Positions 48,717 to 60,643 of a stretch of DNA of 64,000 nt are shown piece after piece. The position numbers were made by a program, and so were the translations under genes. The first letter of the stretch is position 1, and the number at the start of each line of letters is the position of its first letter. This DNA comes from an uncultured delta proteobacterium. GTDB lineage: Bacteria > Myxococcota_A > Polyangia > Fen-1088. The stretch spans positions 448,001 to 512,000 of the forward strand of contig CAWCMR010000025.1 in assembly GCA_963796685.1 (NCBI GenBank), written 5' to 3'. The notes under the pieces were generated by a model. It had not been told where the DNA came from and made no database searches. It was given only the letters and a program-made list of their open reading frames with translations.

Positions 48717-50657
48717 ATGCTTTCGACCAAGCTCCTGACCGCTCGGCGAGATCTTCGCCCGTCGGCCCACAACCCTGACTCTCGTTCGTCCATACCACGT
48801 GCCCTGCTCGCCAGCGGCCTCGCACTCGCGCTCGCCGCCTGCTCGTCCACGACCAGCGGCGGCGGCAACGGCGGGACCACCAGCAAAGGCGGCGCAACCG
48901 GCACAGGCGGCGCGACCAGCAATGGTGGCGCGACCGGCAACGGCGGCGCGACCGGCAACGGCGGCGCGACCGGCAAAGGCGGCACGACTGGCAACGGCGG
49001 CGCGACCGGCAACGGCGGCGCGACCGGTAAAGGTGGCGCGACTGGTAACGGCGGCGCGACTGGCAATGGCGGCGCGACTGGCAACGGCGGTGCGACCGGC
49101 AAGGGCGGCGCGACCGGCAATGGCGGCGCGACCGGCAACGGCGGCGCGACTGGCAACGGCGGCGCGACCGGCAACGGCGGCGCGACTGGCAACGGCGGCG
49201 CGACCGGCAACGGCGGCGCAACCGGCAACGGCGGCGCAACCGGCAACGGCGGCGCGACCGGCAACGGCGGCGCAACCGGCAACGGCGGCGCGACTGGCAA
49301 CGGCGGCGCGACTGGCGGAAGCAGCGGGTGCTCGAATACCGACACGAGCGCGATTAACATCGATTCGTCAGGTTACATCTGCGGCAACCAATGGGGCATC
49401 AAGGGAGCCTGGTATTGTTATAGCTCCGATACGAGTAGCCCCTGCAACCCCACCGGGGTCATTCCGTGGAACTCGTCGTCAAAGGGAATGTGCCTGAGCG
49501 GGACGATCGCCTCCGGCGGCTATGACGGCCTCGGCTTCAAGGTCAACTCGGGACCGCCCGGAGACTCCGCCACGCCCGGCACGTGGGACGCGAGCAAGAT
49601 CGTCGGCTTTGCGATTACCTTGACGGCAGGAGCCAGCGGCAAGGGCACCGGTGGCTCGGTTGTCGGACTCGAGTATGTGACGCCCAATGACCTGGATGAC
49701 AACAATCACAAGGATTCCCCGGGCGTGACGCTCCCCGGTGTCGCGGGCACCTCGGTAACCTATAATGCGCTCTTCTCGGATGCGGTGCTTGCCAACAATG
49801 CGATAGTCAGAAGGACCGTCGATCAGGCCAACTTGACTGACGTCAAGCTGATGATCCCCCCGGACAGCCAGTCGGTTTCCTACGACTTCTGCATCACGAA
49901 GGTCGTGCCGCTGACAGCAGCGCCGAGCCCCGTTGTGCCCACGGGCGCGTACGGACCTGCGTGGTCAAACAGATTGCCTCAGGCCGTGAACGGCATCAAC
50001 GGCTATGCCGTGCAAAGCACCCCGTTCGACGGGACCAACGGGCTTCCGATAACGATGCAAGTCATGGCGACGAGCGGCGGCGTTGGGTTCACGTACACGG
50101 CAAAGTCAGGTGCGTCAGGCAATAGTCCCGCCGCCTTCCCCGCCGTCATCAGCGGCTGGGGGCCCGGTCAGGCCGGTATCCAGCTCTATGGCCCCTACCA
50201 GGCCGACACGACCATCAGCTCACTTCAGACCGTGACGAGCAGCTGGTCCTTCACACCCGGCAGCAGCGGAGACGCGGCCTACGATGTCTGGTTTGGTCCC
50301 AGCAAGGCGCCGACTACGGCTCCGGCCGTTGAATTGATGATCTGGATAAACAACGGTGGCAAGCAGCCCATCGGCGGCGGCAACGCGGCCGGTGCTGCTG
50401 TCGTCGGGTCGGACGGGGTGTCTCGAAAACCGTACACGGGTACGAATACGACGAACCAAAAGGTGGTCAGCTATGTGGCAGACACGGCGTCGGCGACCAG
50501 CGTAACCAATTTCGACTTGCTGCCCTACTTCAAGGACGCGGCGGGCAAATATGCGGGGCTGCAGAGTGGCTACTATCTACTCGGTATTCAGACCGGCTTC
50601 GAGGTTTACAGCGCGGACACCTGGAAAACGACCGATTACAGCATCACCATCAAGTAG
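48717..50657 (+). CDS. Lipoprotein with GNGGAT linker, central beta-rich domain and C-terminal GH12-like glycoside hydrolase domain
   Basis: RBS GGAGG; lipobox LAAC; FPAV, AAYDVWF, ELMIW, GIQTGFEV (both GH12 catalytic Glu positions appear present). Confidence 0.8.
   Translation: MLSTKLLTARRDLRPSAHNPDSRSSIPRALLASGLALALAACSSTTSGGGNGGTTSKGGATGTGGATSNGGATGNGGATGNGGATGKGGTTGNGGATGNGGATGKGGATGNGGATGNGGATGNGGATGKGGATGNGGATGNGGATGNGGATGNGGATGNGGATGNGGATGNGGATGNGGATGNGGATGNGGATGNGGATGGSSGCSNTDTSAINIDSSGYICGNQWGIKGAWYCYSSDTSSPCNPTGVIPWNSSSKGMCLSGTIASGGYDGLGFKVNSGPPGDSATPGTWDASKIVGFAITLTAGASGKGTGGSVVGLEYVTPNDLDDNNHKDSPGVTLPGVAGTSVTYNALFSDAVLANNAIVRRTVDQANLTDVKLMIPPDSQSVSYDFCITKVVPLTAAPSPVVPTGAYGPAWSNRLPQAVNGINGYAVQSTPFDGTNGLPITMQVMATSGGVGFTYTAKSGASGNSPAAFPAVISGWGPGQAGIQLYGPYQADTTISSLQTVTSSWSFTPGSSGDAAYDVWFGPSKAPTTAPAVELMIWINNGGKQPIGGGNAAGAAVVGSDGVSRKPYTGTNTTNQKVVSYVADTASATSVTNFDLLPYFKDAAGKYAGLQSGYYLLGIQTGFEVYSADTWKTTDYSITIK
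48864..49313 (+). repeat. 25 x 18-bp coding tandem repeat (GGCAACGGCGGCGCGACC consensus; GNGGAT)
   Basis: Counted from the sequence and its translation. Confidence 0.92.
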
Positions 50658-50673
50658 TTAACGCCTAGCCGTC

Positions 50674-50697
50674 CCCCGGCGCCACGAGTCGCCGGGG
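50674..50697 (+). terminator. Hairpin after the GH12-like gene
   Basis: CCCCGGCG-8 nt-CGCCGGGG; no U-tract. Confidence 0.35.
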
Positions 50698-50778
50698 AGG
50701 AGCGGCAGGCACCGACAATTGTCGCCTGGTCCGGACTTTTGATAGGCTCGCTTTTGCAGAGCAAATAGGAGTGCAGCG

Positions 50779-51741
50779 ATGCGCAAGCAGATTTATTGCT
50801 CAGGTTGTTCGGTCGTCGGTATGGCCTTCCTCTCTGGACTGGCCGCTTGTGCGAGCAGCCCTAGCCAGGACAGCGGTCAACCGGACTCGACAGCCACGCT
50901 AAGCGATGCGGGCTGCATCATCGGAGACCCGAACGCCACCTACGTCCTGATCGACGACATGGAGACAACGACCCACGGGCCCATCGAGCTCGACACGGGC
51001 ATCGATTCGCCGCTGTCGCCGGGCTACTGGTACAACAGCGGCGCGAGCTACCTTTCCGACGCGGGAGCTAACACGTCGAACGACACGTCGAGCCCGCCGC
51101 AACTTTCGTTCGTCTTCAGCGCGCTCCCCACGCCGACGACCACGTTTAATTGCAAGGCCAGCGCACACGCGGCCCGTCAGTCCTGTACGCTCAACGGCCT
51201 CTACGATACCTGTGGCGTCGGCTTCGAGTTTGCCCAGGTGCCCGACGCAGATGCGGGTGCCCCCAGCAACACGTCGGCGGGCGACGCTGGCGACGCCGGA
51301 CCACCCATCCCCATGGTCACCGTCCCATTCGACATCAGCCGCTACAAGGCCATCACGTTCTGGGGAATGACGACCACGCCTGATCCGACGGCGGGCTCGA
51401 TGCAGGTCAAGGTCCAGTTTCCTGACACGGATACCGACCCGCGCGGCCAGATATGCAACGGCGGCGGCGGGAATACTTCGAAGTGCTACAACAGTTATGC
51501 TGCGTATTTGAACTTCACGACCAGCTGGCAAGAGTTCACCGTATTGCTGGATGCCGGCAAGGGCGGTGTTCCCCCCGCTGGCGGCATCGCCATCGATACG
51601 ACGTGGGGTTACCAACAGGCGCAGTGGCTCCCCACCCAGGTCTACGGCATCAACTGGCAGGCCCAGAGGAACATCGCACCGGAGGCAGGCCCTCCCCTGA
51701 AGACCGAAATCTGGGTCGACGACGTGTACTTCGTAGAGTGA
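50779..51741 (+). CDS. Lipoprotein with putative carbohydrate-binding (galactose-binding-like) fold
   Basis: Lipobox LAAC; LIDDME, G.WY, DISRYKAITFW, IWVDDVYF. Confidence 0.72.
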   Translation: MRKQIYCSGCSVVGMAFLSGLAACASSPSQDSGQPDSTATLSDAGCIIGDPNATYVLIDDMETTTHGPIELDTGIDSPLSPGYWYNSGASYLSDAGANTSNDTSSPPQLSFVFSALPTPTTTFNCKASAHAARQSCTLNGLYDTCGVGFEFAQVPDADAGAPSNTSAGDAGDAGPPIPMVTVPFDISRYKAITFWGMTTTPDPTAGSMQVKVQFPDTDTDPRGQICNGGGGNTSKCYNSYAAYLNFTTSWQEFTVLLDAGKGGVPPAGGIAIDTTWGYQQAQWLPTQVYGINWQAQRNIAPEAGPPLKTEIWVDDVYFVE

Positions 51742-51810
51742 TCCCGTGCCCTGGCGCGGGATCGGGGCGCGCCTTTGCCCACTTTCCCCCGACGTGGCAT
51801 CCTGTGCGCG

Positions 51811-52863
<1,053 letters not shown>

Positions 52864-52867
52864 AGCC

Positions 52868-53820
<953 letters not shown>

Positions 53821-53821
<1 letters not shown>

Positions 53822-55980
53822 TGCACTTCCTCGCGCCCTCCCTGCTGCTCGGTGTTGTAGCCGCGGCCTTGCCCTACCTCATCCACCGCGTGGGACGGCG
53901 GCGTGCGATGCCGGTGCGCTTCGCGGCCATGCAGCTGCTCTTGCGCTCGGAGCGTCGGGTGCAAGCACGGCGAAGGCTGCGCGAAATCCTACTCATGCTC
54001 GCGCGGACGGCAGCGGCGGCCAGCCTGCCCTTGATCTTCGCGCGGCCCTTCTCCGAACGCGCCACCGATCTGCCGGTGGTGACCTTGGATTCCCAGGCGG
54101 CGGTCATCGTCCTCGACGATTCGGCCAGCATGCAGCGCCTGAGCGGTAGCGGCACGCTCTTCGGGCGAGCCAGGTCGCGCGCCCAGGCGCTGGCGCGCCA
54201 GTTTCCCTCGGACTCGGAGCTGGCCTTCCTGCTAACCTCTGCCGGTTCGCCGCCACGCATCGGCGAGCTCGAGCCCGACCGCGCGCGCGTGGTCGAGAGC
54301 ATCGAAGCCGCACGATGCTCGGCGCGGCCCGCGGATTTCACTGCGGCCATGCGCCAGGCCGCGCTCATCCTCGCCGGCTCGTCCCGCGCGCACAAACGCA
54401 TCTACCTTTTCACCGACTTGCAGGCCACCGGGTGGGAGGACGGCGCGGGGCTGCCGGCCGAGGGCGCGCCGGAGGTCATCATCGACGACGTCGCGGCAGG
54501 CGTGACCTTGGAGAACCGGGCGGTCGTCGAGGCGCGGGTGGAGCCGTCGCCCGAAGGCGGGCCGGGCGGGATCGCGGTGACCGCCGAGATCGCGGACTGG
54601 TCCGCGCGGGGGACGCCGGCGCTGGGGGTGACCCTGCGCGTGGACGGCGTGGCCATCGCGCAAGGGGCGGTCGAGCTCTCTGCCGGCGGCCACGCGCGCA
54701 AACGCTTCCTGGCCAGCCTGCCCGGCGCCAGTGGCTCTTCGCACGACCTCGTGGTCGAAATCGACAAGGATGCCTTTCCCCTCGACGATCGCCGGCAGAT
54801 GCACCTGGAAATGGCGCGCACCTTGCGCATCCTGTGCGTCGACGGCGACCCGCGCACCACGCGCAACGAGGACGAAGCCTTCTTCTTCGACGCGGCCTTG
54901 CGCAACGGGATCCCCGACGCGCTGGTGACCACCAAGCTGGTGGACGACGTCACCGCGGACAGCCTCGGCGCCTACACCGTCATCGCGCTGCTGAATGTCG
55001 CACGCCCCTCGCAGGCGCTGGCCGCGGCCATCGAGAAGTTCGTCGAGGCTGGTGGCGGGCTGTTCGTTTCCATGGGGGATCGCGTGGACGCCACGCTGTG
55101 GAACGAGCGCATGGCGAAGCTTCTGCCTCAGCCCCTCGGCCTGGTGCGCACGGCGTCCGCGCTGCCCGGACAGCACTCGGGCGAGACCATCGACGAACGC
55201 CCGGCCGAGCGCTTGCTTCCCCTCGACCGTCGCCACCCCCTGCTGTCGGTCTTTCCCGAGCAGGGCGAGGGATTGGTGTCGGCGCGCTTCTTCAAGTACG
55301 TGCTGCTCGATCCCGTGCGCGACACGGCCGCGCGCGACGTGATCCTGCGCTACGAGAGCGGCGCGCCGGCCCTGGTCGAGCGCCAGGTCGGCAAGGGGCG
55401 GGTCATCCTGCTCACCACCACCGTGGATCGCGATTGGACCGACCTGCCCATCCGCGCAGGGTTTCTGCCCCTGGTGCGCGAAACAGCCCGCTACCTGGTC
55501 GGCGCCAGCGACGAGGACAGCGCCGCCACGCTGCTCGTCGGCGAGCCGCGCATGCTCACCTTCACGGGCGATATGCAGATCCTCGAAGTCACGCGGCCCG
55601 ACGGCTCGGTCTGGGTGGGCAAGCGCGAGCAGGCCGGCGCCGACCATGTCTTGTCCTTCACCGGCACCGACCAGATCGGTCTGTACCGCGTCCGCGGCGC
55701 GAACGCCGACGGCACGTTCACCCGCCAGTCGGCGCAGGACTTCGCCGTCAACCTGGATCCACGCGAGTCCGATCCCACGCTTCTTCCGCCCGACAAGCGC
55801 CCCGATCGCATCGCGGTCAAGACCGGCTCTGGCAAGCCGCCCAAGCACCGGGTCGAGCTTTGGCACGTCCTATCGGCCGCGCTCATTCTCCTTTTGCTCG
55901 CGGAATCGATCTTGACCCTGCGTGGGCGGCGCACCGTCGCCGCGGAAGAGCCTGCCCAAACCAGCGTCGAGACGAAATAG
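53821..55980 (+). CDS. BatA-domain/vWA membrane protein
   Basis: MHFLAP..LLG...LP.LIH N-terminus, DDSASM MIDAS, FTD, C-terminal TM. Confidence 0.88.
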
Positions 55981-57088
55981 GACCCGGGGGCTCCTCCTTG
56001 ACGACAACGCTTCCTTGCCTACTTTCCTGGCCGGCTCCGAGCAATCGCAGCCAGCGGTAGTGCGAGCCCAAGGCCTTGGCTGCGGTCGGGTGGGCGACGT
56101 AGCGCACGCCGTGCTTCAGGCACACGCGCTCGACGATCTTCGACAGGGCCGGGTAGTGGGTGTGGCAGACCCGCGGAAACAGGTGGTGCTCGATCTGGAA
56201 GTTGAGCCCGCCGATGAACCAGGTGAGGGGACCGTTGTGGCGCGCGAAATCCACCGTGGACTCGACCTGGTGGGTCGCCCAATCGCAGCTCAGGGCGTGG
56301 CCAGGGAGCGGCGGGGGGGCGAATTTCGCCTCGCCGAGGCAGTGCGCCAGCTGGAACACGACACCGAGAAGAAGGCCCAGCATCGCGCCGGTGAGAAGGA
56401 AGAACGCGACCACGCGTAGCCAGGGATGGAAGAACATGGGCAGGCCGAGCGCCAGCCCGAAGAAGAGGATCTTGCCGGCCCAGAACAGCGCGTGCTCGCC
56501 CGCGGGCGGACGCGGAACACGCGTGTCGGCGACGCCGGGTTTGACGATGGAGCGAAAATCGTCCAGCAGTTGCCACTTGATGGCCAGCAACGCGTACAGC
56601 AGCCAAACGTAGAGGTGTTGGAAACGGTGAAAACCGCGGCGCCGATCGTGGGGGGTCAGCCGTCCGAGGAAGCCCAGGTAGACGTCGTCGTCCGAGCCCG
56701 CGATGTTGGGATAGCTGTGGTGGGCAATGGCGTGTTTGTAGCGCCAGAAGTACGAGCTCCCGCCGAGCAGATCCAGACTGAAGGCCATCCCGCGGTTGAC
56801 CCTGGACGACGTCGCGTAGGCGCGATGACCGCCCTCGTGCTGCACGTTGAAGCCCACGCCGGCCATGGCGCAGGCAAGCGAGACGGTGGTCAGCACGGCC
56901 AACCACGGTTGGCTGACGACGAAGACCAGCAGCCAGTACGACCCGGCCAGCCACGCGCCGAGCACGGCCGTCTTGAGCCACAGGGCGCGCGAACCCTGGC
57001 GCGGGATACCACCGCGCTCGAAGAAGACCGCGGCCTCCGCATCCAGATCATCGCGGAAGGACGTGCGGGGCGCATAGGTAATGGCCAT
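55883..57088 (-). CDS. Membrane fatty-acid (acyl-CoA) desaturase
   Basis: His boxes HEGGH, HAIAHH, QIEHHLFP; the tail overlapping the convergent gene may be artefactual (alternative stop at 56019). Confidence 0.9.
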   Translation of the reverse strand: MAITYAPRTSFRDDLDAEAAVFFERGGIPRQGSRALWLKTAVLGAWLAGSYWLLVFVVSQPWLAVLTTVSLACAMAGVGFNVQHEGGHRAYATSSRVNRGMAFSLDLLGGSSYFWRYKHAIAHHSYPNIAGSDDDVYLGFLGRLTPHDRRRGFHRFQHLYVWLLYALLAIKWQLLDDFRSIVKPGVADTRVPRPPAGEHALFWAGKILFFGLALGLPMFFHPWLRVVAFFLLTGAMLGLLLGVVFQLAHCLGEAKFAPPPLPGHALSCDWATHQVESTVDFARHNGPLTWFIGGLNFQIEHHLFPRVCHTHYPALSKIVERVCLKHGVRYVAHPTAAKALGSHYRWLRLLGAGQESRQGSVVVKEEPPGPISSRRWFGQALPRRRCAAHAGSRSIPRAKGE

Positions 57089-57233
57089 GGGTGGGCGAGC
57101 TTACGCGCAAACAGGATGGATTTGGTCTGCTTTCGCGAATGCCTTGTCCTTTCAGGTACCTGGGCGAAGATGCCCTGGTCAGGGGCGCGTTTGCGACTAG
57201 ACTTTTCCCATGACCTGCAAGAGCAAGGGACTC

Positions 57234-57761
57234 ATGAGCGCGCGGCTGCTCGGCGCGGCCGCGCTGGGATTGCTGGTGGCTTGCGCGTCCGCGGGCGCGG
57301 CCAAGGGCCCGGATGCCCCGCTGCCGGCCGGCAGCGCCCTACCCGACCTCACGGGGATCGACCAGAATGGCCACCCCGTCCATCTCAAGGCCCTGCAAGG
57401 CAAGCCCTTGCTCGTCTTCTTCTACCCCAAGGCCGGAACCCCGGGGTGCACCAAGGAAGCCTGCGCCATTCGCGACGTCTGGCAACAGTACGAGACGGCG
57501 GGCATTCGCGTGGTGGGCGTATCCCACGACACGGTCGCGGATCAGGCGGCCTTCTCCCGCGAGCACGGCTTTCAGTTTCCGCTCGTCTCCGATGTCGACG
57601 GGCGATGGGGCAAGGCCTTCGGTGTTCCCCTGCACCTGTGGAAGTACTACTCGCGCGTCAGCTTTCTCGTCGGGCGCAATGGCGTCATCGCCAAGACGTA
57701 TCTCGATGTCGATCCCGGCGTGCATGCGACCCAGGTCCTCGCCGACGCCAAGGGACTCTGA
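57234..57761 (+). CDS. bcp: Peroxiredoxin (BCP/PrxQ) with lipoprotein-like signal
   Basis: FYPKAGTPGCTKEAC; LLVAC lipobox. Confidence 0.88.
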   Translation: MSARLLGAAALGLLVACASAGAAKGPDAPLPAGSALPDLTGIDQNGHPVHLKALQGKPLLVFFYPKAGTPGCTKEACAIRDVWQQYETAGIRVVGVSHDTVADQAAFSREHGFQFPLVSDVDGRWGKAFGVPLHLWKYYSRVSFLVGRNGVIAKTYLDVDPGVHATQVLADAKGL

Positions 57762-57771
57762 GGGGCTGCGG

Positions 57772-58131
57772 CTAGCGCCTGCCGTACTGGCCCGTCGCCA
57801 CGTTGACCACGGCGCCCGCCTCGAAGATCACATAGCGGGTGAACGACTGCGGTCCCATGTCGTAGGTCCATTCGGTGATGGGGATCTCGACCTCCTGTTC
57901 CTCGACCACCGACTCCTCGACGTCGCCCACGCGACGGGTGAACCGGTGCTTCACCTTGCGCTTCTCCACCCGTTCGGCCACGGCGTCCGGCTCGCCACAT
58001 CGATCGAGCACGTCGGACATGCGGTCGCCCACGGACACCAGCCGACGGGTCTTGCAGCGAAAGCCATCGTCAGCCAGCGCGGGTCCGGCCAGGATCACGA
58101 GCAACGGTACTAGCGCGAGCGAAATGCGCAT
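57772..58131 (-). CDS. DUF2845-like secreted protein
   Basis: Signal peptide; FRC..RLVSVGD....V...CGEP, EWTYD.GP. Confidence 0.78.
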   Translation of the reverse strand: MRISLALVPLLVILAGPALADDGFRCKTRRLVSVGDRMSDVLDRCGEPDAVAERVEKRKVKHRFTRRVGDVEESVVEEQEVEIPITEWTYDMGPQSFTRYVIFEAGAVVNVATGQYGRR

Positions 58132-58218
58132 GGTTCCCCCCTGGGGCATTGGGACGTCTTTCGTGGGCCGGATATTCATTCCCAGCCAGGTGCTAGACTG
58201 CTTCGCCTCCGACCGCCC

Positions 58219-59262
58219 ATGACCCCGAACGACCACCGCGACAGCGACTTCATCGAGACCCTCGTCAAGCTGGCCTCGACGCTGGGGTTGAACGGGACGC
58301 GGGTGCGTTGGAAGCTCCTGCATTGGCAAAAGGCATTGCAAGAGTGGCGCCAGCGAGCACGGAGCGAAATTCCCCACGTGGGTTACCGACACGCGGTCTG
58401 TCCGCAGTGCGGACAGGTGCAGGATCGGCACGAACGGCGCTGCGTAAACTGCAGTGCCGTGCTGGGGGGACGTACCTGGCAGCTCGTGAATCGCATAGGA
58501 CTGGTCGTGCCCACGGCGCTCTCCGTCAGCACCCTGCTGGGCATGATCATCGCCATCGCCTACTTGCGCCTCATGATCGCGCGGCCTGGTACGGGCTATT
58601 TCAGCGTGCCCGGCGACGACCTCATCTACCTTGGGGCTTACTACCTGCCCGCCCTGCGCGCCGGGCAACTTTGGCGGCACGCCACCGCCATCTTCCTTCA
58701 TATCGGGCTCATCCATCTCGCCTTCAACATGGTGGCCTTGGCCCAGATCGGCCCGGCCGTCGAGGAAGTTTTCGGCCGAGCCCGCATGCTGTTTCTGTTC
58801 ATGCTCACGGGTATTCTCGGCTTCGCGGCCTGCCAGGCCATGGACATGGTCGCCCTTTCCGCGGGCGCGTCCGGCGCCATCATGGGGCTCATCGGCGCCG
58901 CGGCGGGCTGGGGACAGCGGGACGGTACCGGCGTGGGAAGGGGCGTGCGCAATCAGATGCTCAAATGGGCCATCTACACCATGATTTTCGGTGTCATGGT
59001 TCACGCCAACAACGTCGCGCACGCGGCGGGATTTCTGTCCGGCGGAGTCTTCGGCTTCCTCACGCCGGCGCGCTGGTTGCGGCGCGGGCTTTTGCGTGGC
59101 TCCGATATGGCCATCGGAGCGCTGGCCGTGGCCGCGCTGGTCGTGTCTTTCGGGTTGGTTTTGCACCCGCCCAAAACCTCCGAAGCTTGGGCCAAGTCCT
59201 ACGGCGCGGCTCTTCGCGCCTACCACCAGCCGGCACCACCACCGACGGACGAATCCGAGTAG
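58219..59262 (+). CDS. Rhomboid intramembrane serine protease with N-terminal zinc ribbon
   Basis: CPQC...CVNC; WR, H...IHLAFN, GASG, AH.AG. Confidence 0.9.
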   Translation: MTPNDHRDSDFIETLVKLASTLGLNGTRVRWKLLHWQKALQEWRQRARSEIPHVGYRHAVCPQCGQVQDRHERRCVNCSAVLGGRTWQLVNRIGLVVPTALSVSTLLGMIIAIAYLRLMIARPGTGYFSVPGDDLIYLGAYYLPALRAGQLWRHATAIFLHIGLIHLAFNMVALAQIGPAVEEVFGRARMLFLFMLTGILGFAACQAMDMVALSAGASGAIMGLIGAAAGWGQRDGTGVGRGVRNQMLKWAIYTMIFGVMVHANNVAHAAGFLSGGVFGFLTPARWLRRGLLRGSDMAIGALAVAALVVSFGLVLHPPKTSEAWAKSYGAALRAYHQPAPPPTDESE

Positions 59263-59274
59263 TCTCTACGATAG

Positions 59275-59652
59275 CTAGGCCAGCGCGCAGTCGCCCAGCA
59301 CCGTGCGCACGGCCTGGCCAAGCTCTTGAACCAGCGCGCTCTTGGTGACGAAACCGTGCGCGCCCGCCCGCCGTGCGAGCGTGGCATACGGCGATTCGGG
59401 CAGCGAGCTGATGATGATCACCGGCAATCCGGGCCTCGAGGTGCGCAACTCCTTGAGGACATCGATGCCGCCGCAGCCGGGAAGGCGCAAATCGAGCAGC
59501 ACCAAGTCGAAGGTGCGCTCGGCCACCAGGGCCAGTCCCTCCTCACCGGACGAGGCCGCGGTCATTTCCGCATGGGGAACGGCGGCTGCCAAAAGCTCGC
59601 CGATGCGCTGGCTGACTGCCGGATGATCGTCGACGAGAAGGATTCTCTTCAT
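59275..59652 (-). CDS. Single-domain response regulator
   Basis: ILLVDDH, DLVLLD..LP, GA.GFVTK. Confidence 0.88.
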   Translation of the reverse strand: MKRILLVDDHPAVSQRIGELLAAAVPHAEMTAASSGEEGLALVAERTFDLVLLDLRLPGCGGIDVLKELRTSRPGLPVIIISSLPESPYATLARRAGAHGFVTKSALVQELGQAVRTVLGDCALA

Positions 59653-59781
59653 GGGTTGAGGTGCTGCTCCCATGATGACTACTTCGCCAGATTCGGCGCG
59701 TCACGTATGCCGGAAGGACTCCGAATTCGCTGTCAGGCTCGGTCCTACACGCCTGCGTCACAGGTCCGATACGCCGGGACC

Positions 59782-60414
59782 TCAATCGACCAATCCCTCA
59801 CGCAGGGCGTACTGGATCAGCTCTGCGTTGGTGCGCATCTGCATCTTTTCCAGTAGGCGCGTGCGGTAGGTGCTGACAGTCTTCTCCGACAGGGCCAAAT
59901 CGATGCCGATCTCCTTAACGGTCTTGCCCGCGGCCAGGGCGCGCAGAACCTCGAGCTCGCGGTCGGAAAGCCGCTCGTGTGCAGGCCGCGTGGTGTCGTT
60001 GCGCAGGCTCTTGGCCAGGGTCTCCGCCAGGCGAACACTGACATGGGTGCCCCCGGCCAGGACCTTGCGGACCGCGCCCGACAAGTCCTCGGCAGCGCTG
60101 TCTTTGTTGACGTAACCGGCGGCACCTGCACGCAGGGCTCGCAGGGCATAGTGATCCTCGGCGTGCATGCTGAGCACGAGCACCGGCACGGACGGCCGCA
60201 ACCGCTTGATCTCGCGAAGCGCATCCAGCCCACCGCGACCGGGAAGCGAGATGTCCAGCACCACCACATCCCAGTCCTCGCCCTGCAGCTGCTCGATGGC
60301 CTCGGATGGCTTGGCCGCCTCGCCGAAGCTCACCTTGCCCAGGGACTCGGTGAGAATGTCGCGCACGCCGCGCCGGACCACCGCATGATCGTCGACGAGG
60401 AGAATGCGAGTCAC
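59782..60414 (-). CDS. NarL/LuxR-family response regulator
   Basis: AGGAGG RBS before GTG 60414; REC domain plus LSDRELEV...LSEKTVSTYR HTH. Confidence 0.93.
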   Translation of the reverse strand: MTRILLVDDHAVVRRGVRDILTESLGKVSFGEAAKPSEAIEQLQGEDWDVVVLDISLPGRGGLDALREIKRLRPSVPVLVLSMHAEDHYALRALRAGAAGYVNKDSAAEDLSGAVRKVLAGGTHVSVRLAETLAKSLRNDTTRPAHERLSDRELEVLRALAAGKTVKEIGIDLALSEKTVSTYRTRLLEKMQMRTNAELIQYALREGLVD

Positions 60415-60643
60415 CGTGCGAGCCCTCCTGGTTCCCATGCGCCACCAAGATGGACGCGACGCTCATTCGCACTACGAGCAGACGTATGCCGCCGGCTCTC
60501 ATTCGGGGCAGCATTCCAACGGGTCGCCTCACTGTGCCGCGTTCCCCTCATCTCAAGAGTAAATATAGACCATCTCCAAGGTTTGCGGGCAGCAAACCCG
60601 AACGCGGAATTCGCGCAGTCCCAAAAGGAATTGACTGAATTTC

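Noticed and set aside
48864-49313. Regular repeat array as a possible CRISPR
   Set aside because: Head-to-tail 18-bp units with no spacers, in frame within a lipoprotein; no cas genes
60575-60640. GCAAACC-containing stretch resembling a c-di-GMP-I riboswitch
   Set aside because: Lacks the GAAA loop and GCAAAGC core and is on the wrong strand for the downstream gene
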